Source of the DNA: Naegleria gruberi
Taxonomy: Eukaryota
Assembly (NCBI GenBank): GCA_000004985.1
Contig: GG738847.1
Reading direction: 5' to 3' (one strand)
Length of the DNA stretch: 64,000 nt
Positions 52,939 to 61,516 of the stretch are shown here, piece by piece. Below the pieces are notes generated by a model. The model saw only the letters and a list, made by a program, of their open reading frames with translations, made no database searches and had not been told where the DNA came from. The position numbers and the translations under genes are program-made. Numbering within the stretch: position 1 is the stretch's first letter; every line of letters begins with the position of its first letter.

Positions 52939-55900
52939 TTACTGCATGTAACAACATGAAAAACAGCCAAAGTTTGATGTGTTACCATAGAGTCTATTTC
53001 TCTCAATGAAAGCTTGTGTCCTCTCAAACAGTTGAATGTATTCCTCTACCAGTGGAGCTGGATCGTTCGTGAGCTTGTAATTCAGATACCATTCAGAATA
53101 GCCAATAATATCTGAGCCGTGCATGGAAGATTTCATGCTAGAATTTGGATTTTTGGGAATTATCATTGCACTATTGTTTAGGATGAGTTCAAGTGCTTTC
53201 GAGGCATTGTCAAGAATATTTGGTAATAATGAACTATAACCAGTTTGCTTTTCAACTAGCTCACTCTTCATGAGAATCAACTTGAGAATTTTACAATCAA
53301 TCAAAACATTTGAATGATTAATTAGTAAATCACAAATTTCATATAAACTCTCAGGTCTGTCGATAAAATCTTTGACAAACACATGCGTAATTAAATTGAC
53401 ACCAATATTCAAATCTCTATCAATTTTTTGCAAGTTGAATTTCTTGTCTTGTTCTCTAAATCTTGTGCATAATAATTTGTAAATTTGCAAAATGTCAAGA
53501 GAGTAGACAGGTTTTGGTTCATTATTCCTAATTTCAATCTTGCTAATAATCTTGAGAAAATTGTCCTTATTTTTGAAACTTCCAGAGCTTCTAATGAGAT
53601 TCCTACCGGTACTAATTGATGATTTCCAAGCTTCCTCTATTGATTTGAATGAATTTTCATTCTCAAAGTCTGCTAGAGGGTCCATATTAAAGAAGGTAAA
53701 TAAACGATCAAGAATAATTGTTGGATTTTGAGTAAGTAGGAATTCTGCAAAGTGTTTGCTATGGAAACATCTGCTCACAAATTTTGGATCAATCTTGTTC
53801 ATTTTTTTAGCATAATCCAAGAAAGGTGCCATATTAATATTCTCAAGAAGGAAGAATAAAATCTCTTTTCTATTCATATCAATAGAAAACTTATCAATTA
53901 GGTAATCAAAGAATGAAAGAGCTACAGTATTTTCACCATTATTTTGAAAGCATGCCTTAATAATAGAAATATGAGGGTCAATAATACTTTCAGTTGTTGT
54001 AGATGTCAATTTCTTAAAATGAGAAGCTATTTGCTTATTATCAATTCCGTAATGAGTTTGCATAATATCAAAGAGCATATCTACAATATGTCTATAATCT
54101 CCTTCTTCCATTGCTGCAGAAGGTATTATCTTGTTGATCACGAAATGGAGAAAATCACTCTCAGCACTCTTGTGTTTGATTTTTCCTCTTCCATGGTCTA
54201 CCAGTTTGGTTAAACGAGGAGTGAGCTGCGTTTCATAATCGAAAAACTTTTCCTTTGCCTTCTCAAGTATGAGAACGAGAAGTTTGTTCTTACCAATACG
54301 GGCAAAGGAATCCATAAAGAGTGATAATACATCAAAACTAATTTCAGGATTCAATCTATCCACAACAAGTGTAAAGTATTTGGTAATTAGTTTGTCAGCT
54401 AAAAATTGAGCCTCAGTGCTATTTGAACATTTTGCAGTTTCTGAAGGCATGATTTTCCTCAACTCTCCATAAAACTCAGGATAATCAATGGGATTTGTAA
54501 TCAAGTTGGTCTTTAGTGCTTTAAGACCCATCAAGAATAGAGAAAAGAATTGAACTGAAATATGTTGGAATAACTCGGTCATGAATCGATTCTTTTCAGA
54601 GACTTCAAGCTTTCCAACAATAATACTCTTGGCAGAGGATAAAAATTTAGCCACAGGGGAATACAATTGAGGGAAGAAAAAGTAGGTCATTCTGGATATG
54701 CTATACTCCTTATCCACAAGACATTTAACCAATTGAACAGGTTGCAAAATTTTAAGTCCAATCTGAATTCTTGATCTTGTTTCATCTTTCACCAATTCTA
54801 AATAGATTTGCTTGGATGATAATTCCTCAACTTGTTCTTGTTTTGGAGGTTTGCTCTTCTTAACAGGTGCCTTTTTCATATCAAAGAGAGAGGCTGTTGA
54901 ATGGGCGTGTTTTCGAGGAGACATCAAGTTTGGAATAGCAGTGCTGGATGGAGGGCTAGTTGGATTTTGAAAACCAAATCCAACAAAGTTTGATAAGTCG
55001 TCAAATCTGGGAGATGTGAGTCTATCAGTAGAGCTGGATGTTCTTCTTCTGGTTTCCAAATTTTCAAACTGTTTAAAGTTGGCAATTGTTCCTCTTCTCA
55101 CATGAATAATTTCAGGTTCAGCTGTTGGTATAAAATTAATTGGCTTGGCTGTTGTCAACTCTTTTTGGAGGGCTTTTAAAAATTTGTATCTCTTGTTCAA
55201 TAATCTGTACTTGATGGATATACCTTCCTTCTTCTTTGGTTGGAGACCAGATTTTGGATGACTCTCACTAAAACCATAATATGCTCCAACAGTATCCCAA
55301 TAACTCTTGATAAGATTTTCTAAGTAATTCAAATACATGGCTCTCCAAACATTGTCATCATCAAGGAAAGAATGCCATGTTGAACAGACTTCTCTCAATA
55401 TAAAGAATTGATTTCCTCCTTTGCAGAATGAACAAATTAATAGGAGAGTATCTGCACAGAAAAGGGATTCGAGTTTCTTAATTGGTTCTTTTGGTGAGTT
55501 GTGCCTTGAACTGTTTGGTATTACTACAGTGGGTGTTGGTGGAGATAAAGTAAAGATATCATCTTGGGTCAAGTTGGCAGGTTGTGTCTGTAACTTTTTG
55601 TTGTGCTTTGGAGAGTTTAGGAATTCTGGTTTGTCTGGTAGGGATAATTTTCTTTTTGGAGCTTCTTCTTGTTTAATATTGTCAAAAATGGTTTTCTTCT
55701 CACCTCTGTGAGTTCTAGAACTCTTTGGACCTTCAAACAATGTTGGCACAATTTGTGAAAAATTCAAGAGGGAAACTTTTGGAGATTTTGTCTTGTCTTC
55801 TGAAAATGGTGAAGAGGGTGAAAAAACCATTGGTGAAGCATCAGAATATTGAGAGGTCATATCATTTGCAGAGCTATAAAATCTTTGTCTATTTGTTGCT

Positions 55901-57393
55901 AGAATATTCCTGAGGGATGAAATTTGTGGATTACTCGATTTACGAGGTGTTTCAGGAGATTTTTCAATGATTTTCAAGATTGGATTCTTTAAATCAATTT
56001 CGCTTGCATTGCTGACAAAACTATTCATACTACTGATACTCGTGTTGAAAGTGTCTGCAGATTGAGATTTTTCACTTAATAAGTGTGAGTATTGTTGGTT
56101 ATTTTCTAGCAACAGTAGAGGTGGACGATCAGTTGTAGCAACATGATCAGTGCTACTACTATTTACATTCTTTTTGTGCTTTGACCTCCAAGTTGAAATC
56201 TTATTCTGTATGGTAACAGAGAGTGAGAGTTTTCTCTTGTGTGGTGATTGATCAATATCTGCATTCATGAGAGATGTGGCTTCTGAAGGATTTCTATGAT
56301 GTGAAGGATTACTTCTTTCTTCTGAATCATTTGTAGTACTCTTCTTTTTTCGTTTCTGTGAAGAGTTAGAGTTGTTCGAATCGCTGGATTGTTTTCGTGG
56401 ACGAACAGGATCTGAATTCTTCTTTTTAGGACTTTGTTTAATACTACTTTTATCATTGCTATTATTACTATTATTACTAATCAGAGGTGCTGAGGAAGAA
56501 GGAGAGTTATCTTTTGAATGATTACTGCCAATAACTGATGATGAAGGTGTTGTTGGCTTGTTAGAAGAAGAAGGATTAATTGGAGAGTTGGGATTTGTTG
56601 CTTTAAGTCCTTTCAAAATATCTCCAATAGAAATCCTTGGTTGTTGTTGATTGGTCGATTCTTGAATTTTCACTTCATTATTATTATCACTATTCTTCCT
56701 ACTATTATTTTCATCCAATAACATTCCATTATTATTATCACTATTCTTCCTATTATTATTGTTCAATAATTTTCCGTGTTGTTGTTCCTCATCGTCCAAT
56801 AATATTTGATCATCATTTCTATTCGCCATCATCATTTCATCAAATTCCTTCTCATCCTCATGATTAATATCATTACCCGAAGGCATGTGATTCATCATCA
56901 TCATATTCATCATACCCGATGTTGAACAAGCCGACACCAAGGAAGTACTCAGTGTTGTTGTAGTTCCATTATTCTCAGTTTCAGACTCATCTTCAAACAT
57001 GATAATCGATGAGGGAGCTTCATGTGTCGATAGAGAGCCAACAGAGTCTCGTGTGGAGCAAAAATCTGCAGCACCAGCACCACTCTTTACATGCTGCTGA
57101 TTGCCGCCATTTTTGTTTACAGTTGTTGTAGTTAATATTGGCGGGTCTTCTTGTGATTTTGTTGTTGGTAATAATAAAAAAGCGTCGTCGTCATCTTGTT
57201 GCTCATTATTGGTGATGAAAAAAGATTTTTGATTTTGTTGTGGTGGATGATGAATATTGTTGTTATTATTTGATGGAAATTTACTCGTGTTATGGATGAT
57301 TGTAGTGGTGTTTGATTGCTGTTCTTCTTGTTGATTTATAATAGTATGTTGCAGTTGTTCGATATGAACGTTGGTAAGTTCGGGAGTGGTCAT
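52939..57393 (-). CDS. Large protein of 1484 aa with an internal F-box-like motif. The N-terminal half is low-complexity (N/S/Q-rich); the C-terminal half is alpha-helical and globular.
   Basis: ATG at 57393 (MTTPELTNVHIEQLQ...). The F-box-like segment reads DTLLLICSFCKGGNQFFILREVCSTWHSFLDDDNVWRAMY (L..I..f...........L..VC..W..l..d..LWr). The plus-strand ORFs inside this span are antisense shadows. Confidence 0.5.
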   Translation of the reverse strand: MTTPELTNVHIEQLQHTIINQQEEQQSNTTTIIHNTSKFPSNNNNNIHHPPQQNQKSFFITNNEQQDDDDAFLLLPTTKSQEDPPILTTTTVNKNGGNQQHVKSGAGAADFCSTRDSVGSLSTHEAPSSIIMFEDESETENNGTTTTLSTSLVSACSTSGMMNMMMMNHMPSGNDINHEDEKEFDEMMMANRNDDQILLDDEEQQHGKLLNNNNRKNSDNNNGMLLDENNSRKNSDNNNEVKIQESTNQQQPRISIGDILKGLKATNPNSPINPSSSNKPTTPSSSVIGSNHSKDNSPSSSAPLISNNSNNSNDKSSIKQSPKKKNSDPVRPRKQSSDSNNSNSSQKRKKKSTTNDSEERSNPSHHRNPSEATSLMNADIDQSPHKRKLSLSVTIQNKISTWRSKHKKNVNSSSTDHVATTDRPPLLLLENNQQYSHLLSEKSQSADTFNTSISSMNSFVSNASEIDLKNPILKIIEKSPETPRKSSNPQISSLRNILATNRQRFYSSANDMTSQYSDASPMVFSPSSPFSEDKTKSPKVSLLNFSQIVPTLFEGPKSSRTHRGEKKTIFDNIKQEEAPKRKLSLPDKPEFLNSPKHNKKLQTQPANLTQDDIFTLSPPTPTVVIPNSSRHNSPKEPIKKLESLFCADTLLLICSFCKGGNQFFILREVCSTWHSFLDDDNVWRAMYLNYLENLIKSYWDTVGAYYGFSESHPKSGLQPKKKEGISIKYRLLNKRYKFLKALQKELTTAKPINFIPTAEPEIIHVRRGTIANFKQFENLETRRRTSSSTDRLTSPRFDDLSNFVGFGFQNPTSPPSSTAIPNLMSPRKHAHSTASLFDMKKAPVKKSKPPKQEQVEELSSKQIYLELVKDETRSRIQIGLKILQPVQLVKCLVDKEYSISRMTYFFFPQLYSPVAKFLSSAKSIIVGKLEVSEKNRFMTELFQHISVQFFSLFLMGLKALKTNLITNPIDYPEFYGELRKIMPSETAKCSNSTEAQFLADKLITKYFTLVVDRLNPEISFDVLSLFMDSFARIGKNKLLVLILEKAKEKFFDYETQLTPRLTKLVDHGRGKIKHKSAESDFLHFVINKIIPSAAMEEGDYRHIVDMLFDIMQTHYGIDNKQIASHFKKLTSTTTESIIDPHISIIKACFQNNGENTVALSFFDYLIDKFSIDMNRKEILFFLLENINMAPFLDYAKKMNKIDPKFVSRCFHSKHFAEFLLTQNPTIILDRLFTFFNMDPLADFENENSFKSIEEAWKSSISTGRNLIRSSGSFKNKDNFLKIISKIEIRNNEPKPVYSLDILQIYKLLCTRFREQDKKFNLQKIDRDLNIGVNLITHVFVKDFIDRPESLYEICDLLINHSNVLIDCKILKLILMKSELVEKQTGYSSLLPNILDNASKALELILNNSAMIIPKNPNSSMKSSMHGSDIIGYSEWYLNYKLTNDPAPLVEEYIQLFERTQAFIERNRLYGNTSNFGCFSCCYMQ

Positions 57394-58030
57394 GTTTTAC
57401 AAGTTAGAGTTTCATACGGGTAGACTTTCGTGTTCTTTGATTCGAATGGAGTCAATGATTTTTTTTTTGACTTGTGGCGTGTGACTGTCACTGCTAAGCT
57501 ATCTAAAGAAGGCAAGAACCCACATAATGTGTGAATGAGAGTAAATCTTGACCGATTTGAGTGAATGGACCGCTTACAATATTGTAAGATATTAACTCGT
57601 AAAATTTTCCCTTTGAAAATAATGCGAATCAAATTAACATTTTTACAAATTTTTATACAATAACACTTTTGAATCGTTTGAGTTTCACAGATCAGTAAAT
57701 AGTATTCTGATTTGTTTAAACATGATTTACAACCCTTATTACAAAAAAATGAAACAACTGAAGATGATGATGTAGGATACGAACCAAAAATTAAAAGGCT
57801 AAAATCTGATCATCCAACCAATGTTAATATCACCATTAATTATTGTCATCAGTACTACCATATATTTAACCACACGATTGATATTTATAGATGGAGTAGA
57901 GAATCACTAGACAAATGCAATGCTCCGAAAAAAGCTTGCATATTTCGTTTGTGGCGGAATGATTTCATCCATTGACATATCATTATTGTGCCAAATAATC
58001 GAAGAAAATATAATCTCAATGTAATAATTA

Positions 58031-58585
58031 TTGGTAACCAGTGATGGATTAACTTTGCTTGGTAAGGAAACAAGCAATTATATTCTATCAACAGATGAAT
58101 GTTTCAAAAGTTATCACTATTACAAACAATCTAATAGATTGTTCTCTATCAAAGATAGCTCTATATTTGAGATCGATATTGAGATTGAAAAACACTCTGT
58201 GGTCAATCTTTTATCTAAAGATATTAGGGATGCTGTGGAAACATTAGGAGGAAAATCCAAAACATTTTCAAGCGTTCCAAAAGTTCCACTCTCTATTAAT
58301 TATTTCCAACAAAGAAATTATTAGTTTTATCATTCACATGATATTGATGCTTCAATAATTTTGAATGTAGCCCCTGGAATAGATAGTAGTTGTAAAAGAT
58401 TGAATGTTAATGATATTGGTGAGCCAACCATAAAAGATAAGCCATTTAAATTTGTGTTTACTTACCGAATAATTCAAGATACAGACCTAATATTGATTGG
58501 TAGCAATCTCACAAAGAAAAACTATGGTATGGAAGGGGTTTTGGGATTGTTTCATGTTCAAAAGTACGCATTTTATATTAGTTAA
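58031..58585 (+). CDS. Possible small two-exon gene (58031..58321, 58371..58585), unknown function. Weakly supported.
   Basis: ORFs 58031..58324 and 58361..58585 sit in an otherwise empty 1.2-kb spacer. They could join via a 49-nt intron with an atypical GTTTTA donor and TGTAG acceptor. No domain recognised. Confidence 0.2.
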
Positions 58586-58586
58586 T

Positions 58587-59645
58587 TTAATTCTTTGTAA
58601 AACTCTTCTTTACACTCTTTCTAATTTGTTTCCAAGTTCCCTTAATTCCACCATAACATTGAATATAATCAACCAAGGTCAATACAATAGTATACAATAC
58701 AAAGAAGATAATAATTGAAGCACAAACAGCTGAGCATACACTGACCACTTGATTTGCCTTTTGTTTGACACTAACTGCAAATAAGGCCCAAGAAAAGACA
58801 CTTGCAAATACGAAATCACGTTTCCAATGGAGAAAGATAATTCCCAAACAAACAATAACACCTTCCAAAATGCATGTCCAAATTACATTAGAAACTCCCC
58901 ACAATGATCTCTCATAAATATTCGATTCTGTGGTGGAAAAGTGAGTAGTGAGAGTAATGGCAATATTAATAGTGGTGGCAACACTAATCCAACCCATATA
59001 CAAACTAATCATTGGTTGAACAATCCAATATTCCCAGAAATTGCATTTTCTTGTCATGGTGAAAGAATTTACAAATTTAGCAAGAATTGAATTTCCTTGA
59101 ATGGTAGGTTTAGAATTTTCCTTTTTTGATGGTTCATAATAATGCACATTCACTCTCAAATACATTAAAATCAAACTAGCCAAAATTCCAAACATGAAAA
59201 CCAAACTCAACCACAACAATCCAATATTTCCACGTGCAGAATATTGCCAAGCAAACATCCACAAACAATTAAAAAGGAAATTGACAGGTAATAGGATTGA
59301 AATCTTTTCATTCAACAGTTCATTATTTCTTCCCATAATCAAGCTCTGAACAGTATTAATAACAATTACCAAGGCAATGAATGTATAAATTAATCCCCAA
59401 ATGGAAAATGCATAACCTGCAGGAGTGAGTGGAGTTTCATATTCATCAGAAACCTTTCCAGTTGGAATGTTATTCAAAATTCCAGCCGCTCCCAATGCAT
59501 TCACTATAATTACCAATATAAAACCAATGATATTGAGGGCAGGAATTAATCGGAGTTGAATCTTTTGAAATTTTGATGGAGATGGTGCAGAATTTGTGTT
59601 TGCTGATTCGTTCATCATTGGATCTTCATTTGTTTCTTCATACAT
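58587..59645 (-). CDS. Multi-pass membrane protein, 352 aa, with TspO/MBR-like signature blocks.
   Basis: ATG at 59645. There are at least 7 hydrophobic helices. TPAGYAFSIWGLIYTFIALVI matches the TspO 'P..W.F..vW..LY' block. EYWIVQPMISLYMGWISVATTINIAI matches the 'LL.PYL.W..fA..LN' block. Confidence 0.45.
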   Translation of the reverse strand: MYEETNEDPMMNESANTNSAPSPSKFQKIQLRLIPALNIIGFILVIIVNALGAAGILNNIPTGKVSDEYETPLTPAGYAFSIWGLIYTFIALVIVINTVQSLIMGRNNELLNEKISILLPVNFLFNCLWMFAWQYSARGNIGLLWLSLVFMFGILASLILMYLRVNVHYYEPSKKENSKPTIQGNSILAKFVNSFTMTRKCNFWEYWIVQPMISLYMGWISVATTINIAITLTTHFSTTESNIYERSLWGVSNVIWTCILEGVIVCLGIIFLHWKRDFVFASVFSWALFAVSVKQKANQVVSVCSAVCASIIIFFVLYTIVLTLVDYIQCYGGIKGTWKQIRKSVKKSFTKN

Positions 59646-59842
59646 TTTTGAATAGTAATAAAATAAATATTGTGATTATTGTTGATGCTTGTTGTATTGT
59701 TTTTTTATGTTGTTTTTCAAAAATCTAGGGTTAAATCTGAAAAGTTGAGATTCAAGTATGGATAATTGTCGTAGAATTGCGTACTTGAGGCGCGCTTTAC
59801 AATCGAAGATAAAATATTATATCAATGATGAATTGAAGTTGT

Positions 59843-61063
59843 TTATTCGTTTTGATGAGAATGTGTTATTAAGGAATGGTTTCGTATTTGAAGTAGATAC
59901 CAATGTAGTAATTTGAGCTTTGTCAATATTCTACTAATTGCATAATTCCAATTCTCTGTCGATTTGTTCATCATTGGAAAATTGAGACATTTGAGAATGA
60001 CTTTCAAAGTCTTGTCCTCCAGGAAGAATGTCGAATGTTCTGAAATAAATAACTTTTCTGGTGCATGTGTTTCCAAGTGATTACACAAATCGTAGAGAAT
60101 TCTAGTGAAATATTTGACTCCCTCATTGAAATTGGATGTATTGTTTCCATTCAGGAATAAATCAAAGGTTTTTCCTTCATAGTAAATTTGAGTGAATTCT
60201 CCTAAGAATATTAAGTTTGCTTTGCTATCTGAATTGTAATGATTCAATGGAGGTGGAAGATTTTGGATATCCTTAATGAGAGAAAAGAGCATTTGACAGC
60301 ATCTAGTCCAACCATGATTGCTGTCATGTATTATTTGTGAATCAGAACGATTTCTGTCAATACTCAAAATATAGCCATCAATTGTACTTTTCGAGTAATC
60401 AATGAGACAGAAACTTGGACTTATTGAACCCCTATTCATTAATAGCAATCTCTCTTCTTTCAATACTTTGTCAATTTCTATATCCATTAAAAGCTCATTA
60501 TTCTCCTTCCAATAAAATTCCTCCTCTAATTGACAGATTTTTACAAATTCTGCATCAAGATTTGGCTGCTGATTTTTCTGTAGTTTTTCTATAGATAATT
60601 GAAGAGTCTTTTCCTCTTCCAATAATTCCATATATTCCAATTCCAATTTTTCAATAAGATTTCTCTCATCCCCATCCTTACCTTCTTCCACTTTCTTCTC
60701 ATATATCTGAATTGATTTCTCCAAAAATTTAATTTCATTCCCAAAAACGTTAAACACTTCTTCCAAACATTTCCAACACGTCACTTTAAAATCTTTACAA
60801 ATTCTCCCTTCACCAATCATTTTCTCAAAATATTGCACAATCAATTCATCATCATCATTATCAATTTGATCCATTAAAATTAATTTCCAATTAATTTTAG
60901 ATTCAAATTCTTCATCATTTTCTTCATTTTCTTTGCTGGGAAGAGGAAAAATTAGTAAATTACAAGAAAGACAATGTAGAGGTGCATTCGGATCATTTTC
61001 TTGTGGTTGGTGGTGCTGTTCTGATGAGTGGCTGTATAATTGTGAAGAGGTGAGGTTTGCCAT
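59843..61063 (-). CDS. Beclin-1/Atg6/Vps30-like coiled-coil protein, about 406 aa.
   Basis: The true ATG (MANLTSSQLYSHSSEQ) is at 61063; the track start at 61096 is GTG. Two CxxC pairs (HCLSCN and CWKCLEEV) match the Beclin zinc-binding pairs. A central coiled coil reads IEKLELEYMELLEEEKTLQLSIEKLQ... The C-terminal BARA-like block ..NHGWTRCCQMLFSLIKD.. / ..STENWNYAISRILTKLKLLHWYLLQ aligns to Beclin ..[25 protein letters not shown]. Confidence 0.5.
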   Translation of the reverse strand: MANLTSSQLYSHSSEQHHQPQENDPNAPLHCLSCNLLIFPLPSKENEENDEEFESKINWKLILMDQIDNDDDELIVQYFEKMIGEGRICKDFKVTCWKCLEEVFNVFGNEIKFLEKSIQIYEKKVEEGKDGDERNLIEKLELEYMELLEEEKTLQLSIEKLQKNQQPNLDAEFVKICQLEEEFYWKENNELLMDIEIDKVLKEERLLLMNRGSISPSFCLIDYSKSTIDGYILSIDRNRSDSQIIHDSNHGWTRCCQMLFSLIKDIQNLPPPLNHYNSDSKANLIFLGEFTQIYYEGKTFDLFLNGNNTSNFNEGVKYFTRILYDLCNHLETHAPEKLFISEHSTFFLEDKTLKVILKCLNFPMMNKSTENWNYAISRILTKLKLLHWYLLQIRNHSLITHSHQNE

Positions 61064-61516
61064 TTTTTTTTTGAAAATTCCTAATATTGGAATCACGTTT
61101 TGTTGTAAACTTGAAACTCTTTTTCACGTTTTGGATTTATTGAAGATTGAAATTGTTCTCAATCTTTTTTAATCTAATAATTTTATTGTAATGTTTAGTC
61201 AACCCGACTAGAGTCGGAAATCAAACTGAAATATCTTTATCTCCAAGCACATGGAATCCAAACTAAATTTACAACAACTATTCAATACAGTAAATAGTAG
61301 TGTGTGTTTTTGACTTTACTTTTTCCAAACATTCTTAAAAAGTTAACCTTCCAAATCCTCTTCTCCAAAATTATCATCATCACCAAACTCCAACCAACAC
61401 CAAACAACACAATCAGCAAACACCATCAAACAATCAACGTTATTAATTTTTGCTTTGTGTTTGTGTGCTGAGATTTTCAATTCATTCGTGCTTGGACCTC
61501 ACAAGCTTAAAAAAAA

